A stretch of DNA of 64,000 nt from Myxococcota bacterium (GCA_041611735.1 JBFIML010000018.1:2353-66352), one strand, 5' to 3'; shown: positions 1-8,986, counted from the first letter of the stretch. The notes: generated by a model from the sequence alone, not told the origin. Numbers and translations: made by a program.

Positions 1-958
1 GCATCACCGATCCCTTGACGCCGGAGGCGGCGGCGGCCAGGGCGGCGGCGAGCCCCAGACTCCGCGGGTCCGGACGGGCCCCGGTCAGCCAGCGCCGCAG
101 CGCGATCGCCAGGCTCGCGAACGAAGCCAGGCCGAGAGCGGTGGAGAGGCTCCCGTAGATCCCGACATCGAGGTAGCTGTTGAAGCCGCCGGAAAACTTC
201 CCGAGCCCGAGCAGCGGGAGCAGCGTGGCCGCGACGTCCGCGTGGAGCACGACCAGGGCGGCGCCCAGCAACCCTGCGGCGGCGCTGCGGCCGTAGGCGC
301 GCCCGGCGTTGAAGACCTGGAGGCCGAGCAGAACCGGCAGCGCCGAGGCGGCGAGACGCTGCATCAGCGCGGCGACCGGGATGCCGGTGACCTGGCTCGC
401 GCCCGCCGGAAAGGCGTAGGAGAAGAAGTGGTAGTTCAGGGCCTCGCCGGCCAGACGCGGGTCCGAGAGCGGCCAGTGGTGCTTCAGCTCCGCAGCGTTT
501 CCCACGTGGAACAGGAAATCGGGCCAGCCCGCCAGCCACCAGTAGGGAAGGATCGGCGTCCTCCCCACCGCAAGGGCCAGGATGCCGAACAGCAGGACGA
601 CGTGACCGGGACGCGGCGGCGCACGCTGCGCGGACGGGCGCGCGCGTCCCAGCCCCAGCGCCGCCAGCGGAAGCAGGACGATCGGGAAGTACGCGTAGAG
701 CCCGGAGGCACCCACGCACTTGAGCGCGAGGTAGCTGCCGAGCTGGATCACGTGCCCCAGCATCCAGCCCATGCCGAGGGCCATCAGCCAGTCGTCGTCC
801 GGAGCGCCGAGCAGCCGGTAGGCGAGCCAGCCCGGCAGCACCACGTAGGCGGCCAGGAAGAGGCCGTAGGCGAGCACCTCCGCCGTGCTCGCCTCGTTCG
901 AGACGGCGCGCAGGGCCATGAGCCCGAACAGGCCGAGCGCAAAGGCCAGCGGCGGCAT
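1..958 (-). CDS. polytopic integral membrane protein, 3' end beyond the window (family unknown, possibly GT-C-like)
   Basis: Absent from the ORF track because it runs off the left edge. The reverse complement from ATG (comp. 956-958) reads MPPLAFALGLFGLMALRAVSNEASTAEVLAYGLFLAAYVVLPGWLAYRLL...LNYHFFSYAFPAGASQVTGIPVAALMQRL... and stays open to position 2. Codon position 3 is strongly G/C and there are many hydrophobic helices. The start lies 48 nt downstream of the RND gene stop on the same strand. Confidence 0.55.
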   Translation of the reverse strand, partial: MPPLAFALGLFGLMALRAVSNEASTAEVLAYGLFLAAYVVLPGWLAYRLLGAPDDDWLMALGMGWMLGHVIQLGSYLALKCVGASGLYAYFPIVLLPLAALGLGRARPSAQRAPPRPGHVVLLFGILALAVGRTPILPYWWLAGWPDFLFHVGNAAELKHHWPLSDPRLAGEALNYHFFSYAFPAGASQVTGIPVAALMQRLAASALPVLLGLQVFNAGRAYGRSAAAGLLGAALVVLHADVAATLLPLLGLGKFSGGFNSYLDVGIYGSLSTALGLASFASLAIALRRWLTGARPDPRSLGLAAALAAAASGVKGSVM

Positions 959-1005
959 GCAAACGCGAGCCGGCCGGCCCCCCAGCGTGCTCCCGGCCTC
1001 GCCCA

Positions 1006-4000
1006 CTACCGGAGTCCGCCGGCCCGCCTTCGCTCCAGGGCCAGGTAGGCGGCCGGCTGGATTACCAACGTCAGCACCGTGGACGCGCCGAGGCCGAAGA
1101 TCATGGCGTAGCCGAAGGGCCCCCAGAAGTCCCCGCCCGAGAGGCTGAGCGGGAGCAGGCCGGTCATCGTCGTGAGGGACGTCATGGTGACCGCCCGCAG
1201 GCGGGTCGCGGCGCCCTCGAGCACCGCCTCGCGCAAGGCCATGCCCCGGCTGCGCAGCGTGTTCACGTAGTCCACCAGGACGATCGAGTCGTTCACCACG
1301 ATCCCGCTGAGGGCGATCATCCCCAAGAGTGCCATGAAGCCGAGCGGGCTCCCGGTCGCCACCAGGCCGAACGTCGAGCCGATCACCGCCATCGGGATCG
1401 CCAGCAGGATCAGCACGGGCTGGAGCAGCGAGCCGAAGCGCAGCACCAGGATGATGTAGATCAGGAAGATGGCGAGCAGCGTGGCCTTCGCCATGGAGAC
1501 CAGCGAATCGTTCACCTCCTTGCGCTGCCCCATGAAGTGGAGCCGGTAGCCCGGCGGCAGCGCGATCTGCTGGCGTACCGCGCGCTCGGCCTGGGATGCC
1601 ACCTCGATGGCCGCGAAGCCGGGCGCCAGATCCGCCTCCACCATGGCCTCGCGCTTGCGGTCGTAGCGCATGATCTCCCGCGTGGTCCAGCCGGGTTCCA
1701 GGCTGGCCACGTGGGAGAAGGGAACCGTGACGCCGAGCGTCGTGCTGTGCACCGGCAGCCCCCGCAGCTCCGCGGCCGTGCGTCGGTGGGCCCGCTCCGT
1801 GCGCACGACTACGTCGATCTCCTCGTCCCCCTCCCGGAAGGTGGTGGCCACCACGCCCTCGATCGCCGTGTGCAAGGTGGTGGCCACGTCCAGGTGCGTG
1901 ATGCCCAGCAGGTTGGCCTTGGCGTCGTCCACGTGGGCCTGCACGGTGATCGGGTCGTAGCCGAAGTTGTCGCGCACCTGGGTGGTCCCCGGCAGCGCCC
2001 GGACGATCTCCCGGACGCGGCGCGCCAGCTCGCGCAGCACGTCCAGGTCGTCGCCGGTGATGAAGATCTCGATGTCCTCGGCGCCGGAGTAGCCCTGGCG
2101 GAGCACGCGGGTGCGGATGCGGGCGCCGGCGATGCGGCTCGCGAGGTCCTGGTGGACGCGCATCGCCACCTCGCGGGTCCGGTCCACCGGAGCGCGCGTG
2201 TTCACGATGGCGCGTCCCACGTTCTCGGCGCGCCCGTCGTCGAACTCGTTGTAGTAGAACTTCGGCATCTCGGCGCCGGAGACGGTGGTCCAATCGGCTA
2301 CCTCCGGGTGCTCGGCCAGACGCGCCTCGATGGCCGCCATGAGCGCCGAGGTCTCCTCCACCGGGGTCCCGCTCGGAAGCTCGACCTTGATCAGGAACTG
2401 GCGCCGGTCCGCATCCGGGAAGAACTCCATGGGCCACAGGACCGCGCGCCCCAGCAGGCCCGCCCCCAGGAGGCCGAGCGCGAACCCCGCCAGCAGCCAC
2501 CGCGGCCGCTCCAGCGCCTGGGGCAGCAGGCGGCGATAGAGCGCACCGAGCCGGCTCGGTGCGCTGCGCCCCCGCCTCGCCCCCAGCCCGCGGTGCATGG
2601 CGGCGGCCAGCAGCGGCGTCACGAAGTGCGCCACCGCCACCGACCCGACCAGCATGGCCGTGACGGTCAGCGGGATGCTGCGGATGAAGTCCCCGATGTC
2701 GCCCACCATGAGCCAGAGCGGGATGAAGGCCGCCAGCGTGGTGGCGGCACCCGCCAGGATCGCCAGATGGATCTCTCCGAGACCGTCGATCGCGGCGTCG
2801 CGCGGCGACTTGCCACGGTCCACATGGCGCTGGATGTTGTCGGTGACGATGATGGCCTCGTCCACCACCAGGCCGATGGCGATCACCAGCGCGGCGATCG
2901 AGATCTGGTGCAGCGGCAGGTTCGCCGCGCCCAGCAGCGCCACCGCCACCGTGAGCGAGAGAGGGATCGAGAGGGAGACCACGAAACCCGAGCGCCAACC
3001 CATGCCCATGAGGGCCAGGGCGACGACGAGCCCCATGCCGAGCAGCAGACTCCGCGTCAGGAGCGAGAGGCGTTCGCGCACGTAGGTCGGCTCGTCGGCG
3101 GCGACGACGGCCTGCATTCCTTCGGGCGCCTGGACCTCCCACCGGGCCAGGAGCGCGCGCACCCGCTCCCCAAAGGCGATGGCGTTGCGCTCGGGAAGCA
3201 TCTCGATGGCCAGGATCACGGCGCGATCGCCGCCGGCCCGGGCCAGCACGTCGGGCTCCTCCAGGTGGCGGGTCACCCGCGCCACGTCGGCCAGGCGGAT
3301 CGGCAGCCCGTCCGGCCCGGCGCCCAGGTAGCTGGCTCCCACGTCGCTGGCGGCGTCGAAGGCGCCCGTGGTGTGCAGCGCCGAGCGCAGGCCGCCCGCC
3401 TCGATCTCTCCGCTGGGGAGCTCGACGTTCCGCGCCCGCAGGGCCTCGATGACCCGCGGCACGGAAACCCCGCGCTGGGAGAGGCGCCGCAGGTCCAGGG
3501 CCACCTCGATCTCCTCGCGGGGCTCGCCGAGCCACTCGACGCGCCGCACGTCCGGCAGCTGTTGGACGTCGCGCTTGAGCTCCTTGGCCTGACGGCGCAG
3601 CACCAGCGGATCGACGCCCGCGCCGGTCACGGCCACGAGCAGGGTGTTGGTCTTGAAGGTGCGCGTGTCGACGTCCGGGTCCGAAGCCCCGGCCGGCAGC
3701 AGCGCACGCGCCTGCTGCACCTTGTCGCGGATCTGCTGCAGGCGCTCGGCCTGGGGGGCGCCCTCCCGCACCTCGACGAGCGTCCAGCTCACCCCGTCGT
3801 AGCTGCGCGAGAAGAGGGTGTCGATGTCGTCGAGCTCGGCGATCTTGTCCTCGATCACCTTGGTGACGAGGATCTCCACGCGCTCCGGCTCGGCGCCGGC
3901 CAGGTACACGACGATCGTCGCGAAGCGTTCCGCGATGGTCGGGTTTTCCTGCCGCGGCAGGCCCTGATAGCTGAGCACGCCGTACAGCACGAGCAGCAGC

Positions 4001-4053
4001 GTGGCCAGGACCACCACCCGCGGCCGCCCGCTGGACCAGCGCGCCGGGTTCAT
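1006..4053 (-). CDS. RND-family efflux permease (AcrB/HAE1-like)
   Basis: This is the conserved part of track ORF 1006..5172. The true ATG is at comp. 4051-4053 (MNPARWSSGRPRVVVLATLLLV...), giving 1015 aa. AcrB-like motifs are present (GLVVDEAIIVTDNI, GIVVNDSIVLVDY). The ATG overlaps the stop of the upstream adaptor gene as ATGA. Confidence 0.92.
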   Translation of the reverse strand: MNPARWSSGRPRVVVLATLLLVLYGVLSYQGLPRQENPTIAERFATIVVYLAGAEPERVEILVTKVIEDKIAELDDIDTLFSRSYDGVSWTLVEVREGAPQAERLQQIRDKVQQARALLPAGASDPDVDTRTFKTNTLLVAVTGAGVDPLVLRRQAKELKRDVQQLPDVRRVEWLGEPREEIEVALDLRRLSQRGVSVPRVIEALRARNVELPSGEIEAGGLRSALHTTGAFDAASDVGASYLGAGPDGLPIRLADVARVTRHLEEPDVLARAGGDRAVILAIEMLPERNAIAFGERVRALLARWEVQAPEGMQAVVAADEPTYVRERLSLLTRSLLLGMGLVVALALMGMGWRSGFVVSLSIPLSLTVAVALLGAANLPLHQISIAALVIAIGLVVDEAIIVTDNIQRHVDRGKSPRDAAIDGLGEIHLAILAGAATTLAAFIPLWLMVGDIGDFIRSIPLTVTAMLVGSVAVAHFVTPLLAAAMHRGLGARRGRSAPSRLGALYRRLLPQALERPRWLLAGFALGLLGAGLLGRAVLWPMEFFPDADRRQFLIKVELPSGTPVEETSALMAAIEARLAEHPEVADWTTVSGAEMPKFYYNEFDDGRAENVGRAIVNTRAPVDRTREVAMRVHQDLASRIAGARIRTRVLRQGYSGAEDIEIFITGDDLDVLRELARRVREIVRALPGTTQVRDNFGYDPITVQAHVDDAKANLLGITHLDVATTLHTAIEGVVATTFREGDEEIDVVVRTERAHRRTAAELRGLPVHSTTLGVTVPFSHVASLEPGWTTREIMRYDRKREAMVEADLAPGFAAIEVASQAERAVRQQIALPPGYRLHFMGQRKEVNDSLVSMAKATLLAIFLIYIILVLRFGSLLQPVLILLAIPMAVIGSTFGLVATGSPLGFMALLGMIALSGIVVNDSIVLVDYVNTLRSRGMALREAVLEGAATRLRAVTMTSLTTMTGLLPLSLSGGDFWGPFGYAMIFGLGASTVLTLVIQPAAYLALERRRAGGLR

Positions 4054-5156
4054 TCGAGCACGCGCAGGGCGTCGCCCTCGCGCAGGAAGTGCTGGCCGCG
4101 CGTGACGATCCGGTCGCCGTCCTGGAGTCCGTCCTCGATCACCAGCCGGGCCCCCCGCACTGCCCCCAGGGACACCGCCCGCCGTTCCGCCACCAGGCGG
4201 CCCCCGCCCTCCACCGCCACGAAGCAGAAGGGGCTCGCCCGGGCGTCGCGGAGCACCGCGGCCAGGGGCACCGCCAGCACCGGACGCGGCGCCTCGATGG
4301 GGATCTCGATCTCGACGGCCAGGGCCGGCCGCAAGGCCAGCTCCGGGTTCGCGATCTCGGCCTCGAAAGGCACCGTGCGCGTGGCCGCATCGGCCGCCAC
4401 GTCGATGCGGCGGATCGCCCCCTGGAAGACCCGCTCGGGCCGACTGGGGGTGCGCACCCGGACCGTCATGCCGAGGCGGATGCGCGGCAGGATCGAGTCT
4501 GCCACGGCGCCGCGCACGACGATCGGGTCGACGTCGCTCAGGACCAGGACCGGACGCTCGGGGGAGACGCGCTCGTGCACCTCCACCAGACGGCGCTCCA
4601 CCCATCCTGCCACGGGCGCCTGGAGGACCGCCTTGGCCAGGCGGTCCCGGGCGGTCTCCAGGGCGACGCGCGCCTGGCGCACCGCGCCGCCGGCGGCCTC
4701 GTGGTCCGCGCGGGCGCGTTCGTGTTGCTGCTTCGAGGTGGTGTTGCGGGCTAGGAGCGCCTCCTGCCGCTCGAACTGCTGCCGCGCCACGGTGGCCCGG
4801 GCGCGGGCCCGGGAGAAAGCCGCTTCGGCGCTGCGCAGCGCGCGTCGGAGATCGTCCGCGTCGAGCTCCGCGAGCAGCGCGCCCTGCTCGGCGCGTGCGC
4901 CCTCCTCCACGTGGAAGCGCTCCACGAAGCCCGGCACCCGGAAGGAGAGCTCGATGCGCGCTTTCGCCTCCGCCAGGCCCGGCACCACGATGGCGTCCGA
5001 GACGAGCTGCGGCGCGACGCGCTCCAGGTGCACCGGCACCTCGTTGCGCACGGGCGGCGCCGCCGCCACCGAGGCCTCGTCCCGGCAGCCCGCCGCCAGC
5101 AGCGGCGCCAGCAGGCCGATCAGCGCGCCCATCCGCCTCTGGTTCCTGGATCTCAC
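4050..5156 (-). CDS. RND efflux periplasmic adaptor (membrane-fusion) lipoprotein
   Basis: The C-terminal 360-368 aa of track ORF 4050..5606 are HlyD/MFP-like, with a coiled-coil hairpin region (ADDLRRALRSAEAAFSRARARATVARQQFERQEALL) and beta-barrel segments. The signal peptide with lipobox reads (V)RSRNQRRMGALIGLLAPLLAAGC. The start is either GTG at comp. 5154-5156 or ATG at comp. 5130-5132. Confidence 0.85.
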   Translation of the reverse strand: MRSRNQRRMGALIGLLAPLLAAGCRDEASVAAAPPVRNEVPVHLERVAPQLVSDAIVVPGLAEAKARIELSFRVPGFVERFHVEEGARAEQGALLAELDADDLRRALRSAEAAFSRARARATVARQQFERQEALLARNTTSKQQHERARADHEAAGGAVRQARVALETARDRLAKAVLQAPVAGWVERRLVEVHERVSPERPVLVLSDVDPIVVRGAVADSILPRIRLGMTVRVRTPSRPERVFQGAIRRIDVAADAATRTVPFEAEIANPELALRPALAVEIEIPIEAPRPVLAVPLAAVLRDARASPFCFVAVEGGGRLVAERRAVSLGAVRGARLVIEDGLQDGDRIVTRGQHFLREGDALRVLE

Positions 5157-5164
5157 CGCGCATC

Positions 5165-5210
5165 GCTCCCAAAACGAAACGGCCTTCCGGTGGGCACCCG
5201 GAAGGCCGTT
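5165..5210 (-). terminator. intrinsic-terminator-like hairpin in the 5' leader of the efflux operon
   Basis: There is a perfect 13-bp stem (5178-5190 aacggccttccgg pairs with 5198-5210 ccggaaggccgtt) and a 7-nt loop. On the minus strand the hairpin is followed by TCGTTTTGGGAG. It sits 9-20 nt upstream of the adaptor-gene start. On the plus strand no T-tract follows. Confidence 0.45.
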
Positions 5211-5413
5211 CAACCAGTCGAAGTCGGTCTTCCTAGCGCGCCAGCCCCCACCGATCCACGCGCCGCGTGCACCGCGTGGGGTGAATCGACGAGATCTGGG
5301 AGCAGTCGCACATCGACTCGAAGCTACTCCAGCCGGGCGCCGGGCGTCAATTCGGCCGCCCGCCCCGGCGGCGCCCGCCCCGGCCGGACGGCCCACACTG
5401 CGCCCGCTCGGGC

Positions 5414-6109
5414 TTGTGCGAGGATTGCGGGGTGAGGCGAGAAGGCGTGAGGCGCGAGCAAGCGCCGCCCAGGCGCTCGAGAGCCGGTCCCCACCGGCGC
5501 TTCTTCGACGTGTGGTCGCGCTTCTACGACGTGCCCTGGGTGCAGCGGATGACCTACCGCCCGTTGCACGACGCGGTCCTGCGGATGCTGGCCAGGACGA
5601 CGCCACGCTGCGTGCTCGACATCGGCTGCGGGACGGGCCTGCTCACCTCGCGCATGCAAGGCGAGTTCCCGGGCAGCCGGGTGGTGGGCTGCGACTTCTC
5701 CCCCGGCATGCTCGAGCGGGCCCGCCGGCGGGACGGTCGCGTGCGCTGGGTCCGGGCCGATGCCCTCGGCCTCCCTTTCCGCGACCAGAGCTTCGACGCC
5801 GTGGTCTCCACCGAGGCGTTCCACTGGTTCCCAGACCAACAGGCGGCGCTCGACGAGTTCTTCCGGCTCCTTGCCCCCGGCGGCCAGCTGCTGCTCGCAC
5901 TCGCGAGCCCGGCGCTCGGCCTGCTGAGCGAGGCCACCCACATCGGTTCCCGGCTGGTCGGGGAGCCGCTCTACTGGCCCACGCGCAGACGGCTGCGCGC
6001 GAGCCTTCGCCAAGCCGGCTTCGAGCTGGCGGAGCAGCGCCGCATCCTCCGGCTGCCCGCGCCGATTGCGTTTCCGACCTTCCTCACCATCGCGGAACGG
6101 CCCCGGTGA
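5414..6109 (+). CDS. class I SAM-dependent methyltransferase (Methyltransf_11-like)
   Basis: Motif I is VLDIGCGTGLLT, followed by VVGCDFSPGMLERA, FDAVVSTEAFHWF and LLAPGGQLLL. The track start is TTG 5414. GTG 5432, preceded by GAGGA, is an alternative start. Confidence 0.85.
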   Translation: MCEDCGVRREGVRREQAPPRRSRAGPHRRFFDVWSRFYDVPWVQRMTYRPLHDAVLRMLARTTPRCVLDIGCGTGLLTSRMQGEFPGSRVVGCDFSPGMLERARRRDGRVRWVRADALGLPFRDQSFDAVVSTEAFHWFPDQQAALDEFFRLLAPGGQLLLALASPALGLLSEATHIGSRLVGEPLYWPTRRRLRASLRQAGFELAEQRRILRLPAPIAFPTFLTIAERPR

Positions 6110-6168
6110 TTCCGGGCCCGGCCCGCCCGTCAGGCCAAGCGGTCCGCGTCATGTCGCATTCGGGCCGA

Positions 6169-6930
6169 CTAGTCCGAGGCGATCACCGTCCCGACCTTGG
6201 TAGCGATCATCTGACCCGCCGCCCGAGCCGTACCTCCCTGCGCGTTGCAGCGAAGGAATATGGGGTTCGAGAAGAAGCCAACGGTGACATCGGCCAGCAT
6301 GGGCTCTGCGCCGTCGTCCACCAGCACCGCGAACAGTCCGTGGACGATTCCGCCCCCAGAAACGAAGGAGCACTGCACGAACTGCCCGTCACCCACGCCG
6401 ATCGCCTGAACCGCCCCCGAAAGGACGTAACTTCCGACTGGAACCGTCACGCTCGCGACCGTCTGGGTGAGACCGCTCGCGATTGTGTGGAAGCCGTCGC
6501 CGTAGTTGGTGTAGGCGGCACTGGGTCCGTGCGACGCCTCGCACGCGGCAAGATCGCCCGTGCACGCCTCGAGGTCCCCCGTACACGTCGTCAGGCGCGC
6601 GTTGGCCGCACTCAGATCCGCGTTGCAGGTCCCGAGCTCCCCGTTGCACGTGGTGAGGTCGCCCGTGCAAGTCCCGAGGCCCCCATTGCAGGCGCCCAGG
6701 TTCGTGGTGGTCTCGGCGAGGCTCGCCTCGCACGCCAGGATGCCCCCGGTCCGAGGCACCCTGCCGGGCTGCTGCGCCCAGGCCAGCCCGGCCATCAGCA
6801 ACCCCGCCATGGCCACCCCGGCGATGGCTCCATTGCGCGTCTTCGCTCGCCCGCGCATCTTGCCCTGCGCCGCCCCCGCAAACGGCAGCACGATTACCGA
6901 TCCGAAGATCCGTCGACCGATCCGCTTCAT
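6169..6930 (-). CDS. secreted protein: about nine Cys/Leu heptad repeats plus a C-terminal beta-rich domain (no family recognised)
   Basis: The ATG at comp. 6928-6930 is preceded by AAGGAGAGG. A signal-like segment reads AIAGVAMAGLLMAGLAWA-QQ. The repeat block is ACEASLA ETTTNLG ACNGGLG TCTGDLT TCNGELG TCNADLS AANARLT TCTGDLE ACTGDLA. A Gly/Val/Ser-rich domain of about 120 aa follows. Confidence 0.75.
   Translation of the reverse strand: MKRIGRRIFGSVIVLPFAGAAQGKMRGRAKTRNGAIAGVAMAGLLMAGLAWAQQPGRVPRTGGILACEASLAETTTNLGACNGGLGTCTGDLTTCNGELGTCNADLSAANARLTTCTGDLEACTGDLAACEASHGPSAAYTNYGDGFHTIASGLTQTVASVTVPVGSYVLSGAVQAIGVGDGQFVQCSFVSGGGIVHGLFAVLVDDGAEPMLADVTVGFFSNPIFLRCNAQGGTARAAGQMIATKVGTVIASD
6532..6732 (-). 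repeat. 21-bp-period coding tandem repeat (heptad xCxxxLx, about 9 copies)
   Basis: This region encodes residues ~67-133 of the 6169..6930 protein. Leu recurs every 7 residues in 9 consecutive units, and Cys is at unit position 2 in 7 of them. Confidence 0.7.
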
Positions 6931-7446
6931 CTACCTCTCCTTTGGCCGGCGCGCCGAAGGCGCCGTGGCAGGGTCGATTACTAGGCCCAGGCCCTGCAGA
7001 TGGCAAAGGTGGAAAATGGCGGGTTTGGGAGCGTTCTCCGGGCGTTCCCAGGCAATTGGACCGCTTTTCGGCCCAGACCTCGCAGCGCAGCGCAGCGGGG
7101 CTCATCCGCGCTTCGCCACGCTTCCCGCTGGGTCGAAGCCTGGTCCTGTAGCTGCTCCAGGACCTGAGGCTAGAATCAGACGGTTCGAGAGCAGTCCTGC
7201 TCCATGAACTCGGAGACGACAAGAGAAGAGTCCGCGCTCAATTCGCGAAGAGCGTCGGCGCCAGCGTCGCGCCGCGCCGGTGGGCGGTGCGCTGGACGCT
7301 CTCGAGGACCTCGGCCCGCTCCCGCGGCGGCCGGCAGCGGCGCGCTCCACTCGAACCCGACCAGCTCGTGGACCTACCACGGCGACACGGCCGTGCCGCC
7401 GCCTCAGGCTGCGCCGGCACGCGCGTTGACAGTAGGCGGATAGCAG

Positions 7447-8111
7447 GTGCCGAGCGCGGGGCGGCTCGGGGGTCGTCTGCACCCGCGCAGCGCCCGGGTC
7501 GCAGGCGCTGGCGGCGAGCGGACGCCAGGCGGTGAAGGCGAGCCAGATCCGCAGCGAAGGCGCCTCGAGTTCGGCGCCTACTCCGTCACCTCGGATATCG
7601 CCTTCACCGACGTCATCGGCCTCACCACCAAAGGCAGCGTCGGTGGCGTGCGATCCGTGTTCGCGCAGACGAGCAGCGGCAGCTCCAGCAGCAGCCTGAC
7701 GCTCACCGCGGGTGACGATGCCGCGGTCAGCTACCCCGGCACGGGCTCGGCCACCATCACCTTCATCTACCACGGTACCGATAACAGCAGCAGCGGCTTG
7801 CTCGGCCTGGATCTCACCGCGGACGGCGCGACGCTCTTCGCGATCGACTACACGACGGACGTAGCGGGGTCGATCTCGGTGATCGCCGAATCCCCCGGTC
7901 AGATCCACTCGGTGGTCGCGCTGATCGGTCCCGGAAGCGCCGTCGTCAACATCAGTTTCGATAGCTTCTCCGCCATCGACTTCAGGCGGTCTTTGGAACC
8001 GGGACCACCGAAATCTTCAGCGTGGTCACGGCGGTGCCTGAGCCGGCGACGCTGACGCTGCTTGCCATCGGGGTCGCTGCGCTGGGCGCTCGGAGACCCT
8101 CCCGGCGCTGA
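7447..8111 (+). pseudogene. PEP-CTERM sorting-signal protein, frameshifted and lacking a signal peptide
   Basis: Frame 1 (track ORF 7447..8055) gives a Ser/Thr/Gly-rich beta-like domain ending ...NISFDSFSAIDF. The adjacent frame, from about 7983, reads AVFGTGTTEIFSVVTAVPEPATLTLLAIGVAALGARRPSRR* with its stop at 8109-8111. That is a PEP motif plus a TM helix plus an Arg cluster. One frame change between 7965 and 7990 would join the two parts. Confidence 0.6.
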
Positions 8112-8255
8112 TCGGCGCGGGCTTCCTGCCCCGGAGCGCGTCGCCTTCCGATCCACCCGCAGTTCGAGGGGGCCCCTCGGGAAACTATGCGACCTGTAGG
8201 TGATTCCTCTTGCCCGCGGCTGGCTTCGCATAGCGTGCCCTCGAAGGAGACTCGT

Positions 8256-8330
8256 ATGTCGTCCCTGCGACGTCTGTTCTCGGTTGCTCTGCTCAGCGGG
8301 CTGAGCGGTCTGCGCGGTTCAGGTCCGCCG
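8256..8330 (+). pseudogene. orphan 5' gene stub (SD + ATG + signal-peptide-like start)
   Basis: AAGGAG at 8244-8249 lies 6 nt before ATG 8256. The ORF begins MSSLRRLFSVALLSGLSGL and then runs antisense into the comEC-like fragment with Arg/Pro-rich junk. Confidence 0.25.
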
Positions 8331-8650
8331 CGTCACCCCAGCGGCGCATTCCGAGCTCCGGCCCGAGGCCCTCGAGCACCGCACCGTCGCGGCCCGTCCA
8401 GTGTATGCGAACCCCGCGGCGCTCCGGGCGTCGGAGCACCTCCGGATCGGGCATTCCGAAGCGCGAGAAGCGGGGTTCGGATACGACCGCCAGCTGGGGC
8501 GCACCGCATCCAGAAACGCGGCCGTCGACGACGAGCGGCTGCCGTGGTGGGCGAGCTTCAGCACCTCGGCGCGCAGCGCGGAGGGATCGCGGGCGAGCAG
8601 GGTCTCGGCATGGGCCTCGTCGTCCCCGTGACCTGCCCCCCGAATACCCG
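8293..8650 (-). pseudogene. ComEC-like metallo-beta-lactamase domain, C-terminal fragment (frameshifted)
   Basis: Two frames read ...GHGDDEAHAETLLARDPSALRAEVLKLAHHGSRSSSTAAFLDAVRP and then QLAVVSEPRFSRFGMPDPEVLRRPERRGVRIHWTGRDGAVLEGLGPELGMRRW. These parallel the resident ComEC sequence ADVLKLAHHGSRTSSGAGFLQAV...GWTGRDGAVLVGL. A 23-nt run (ccgtggtgggcgagcttcagcac) is identical to comEC at 29465-29487. Confidence 0.65.
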
Positions 8651-8986
8651 GGGCGCGCGCTGCATGAGCTGAGAGAGAGCTTGAAAGATCTTCCTCGAAC
8701 GTCCAGCCGGGCCTAGCGCTTTCCACTCCCGGGTTGGAGACAGGGACGCTCCACGTGGCCCTGTCGCCTCGGCGCGACCCCGGTACGATTCCCTGGCCCG
8801 GAGCTCGCAGGTCGACGCCCGTCCGCTCGAAGCCGGAACGGATGCCCCGGCGCGGCCGCGGCTCGGGCCTAGGGGCGGAACTTCCGGGGCGTCTGGTCTC
8901 GGACCAAGAGCCTTACAGCGCGCACCCGAGAGGTGCAATCGCTACGTGGACGCTCCCCGACCCAGTGGCTCACCTGGGTGGGGACC

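Noticed and set aside
242-1048. 268-aa plus-strand ORF at the left edge
   Set aside because: It is antisense to a membrane-protein frame that has strong third-position GC bias and hydrophobic helices. Its own translation is charged low-complexity sequence.
4054-5172. N-terminal extensions of track ORFs (for example 1006..5172, 34086..37184, 36077..38023, 37483..39981, 52908..54653, 53636..55174, 49157..50290, 49564..50868)
   Set aside because: The upstream portions are junk-like and overlap the preceding real gene. Internal starts coincide with canonical protein N-termini and with ATGA/GTGA coupling to the upstream stop.
1537-6984. 1815-aa plus-strand ORF, the longest in the track
   Set aside because: Its composition is Arg/Gly/Pro/Ala-rich and low in complexity. 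It runs antisense through the clearly conserved RND and adaptor genes and out of frame through the methyltransferase. This is a typical stop-free artefact of ~75% GC.
7141-7205. Hairpin GGTCCTG-N9-CAGGACC followed by a GGTTCGAG...CTCCA segment that superficially resembles a tRNA 3' end
   Set aside because: No T-stem or acceptor pairing can be drawn. It is probably incidental structure in decayed non-coding DNA.
7351-7359. Possible att repeat: the 9-mer tcgaacccg is identical to part of the tRNA-Glu T-arm region (14299-14307). A weaker match (tcgaacc) lies at 12310-12316.
   Set aside because: The matches are too short and their flanks do not match, so chance is likely in 8 kb of GC-rich DNA. 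The left boundary of the element stays undetermined.
6931-7446. Several 60-280-aa ORFs in both strands between the heptad-protein gene and the PEP-CTERM pseudogene
   Set aside because: None has a motif, an SD or convincing codon bias, so the region was treated as non-coding or decayed.
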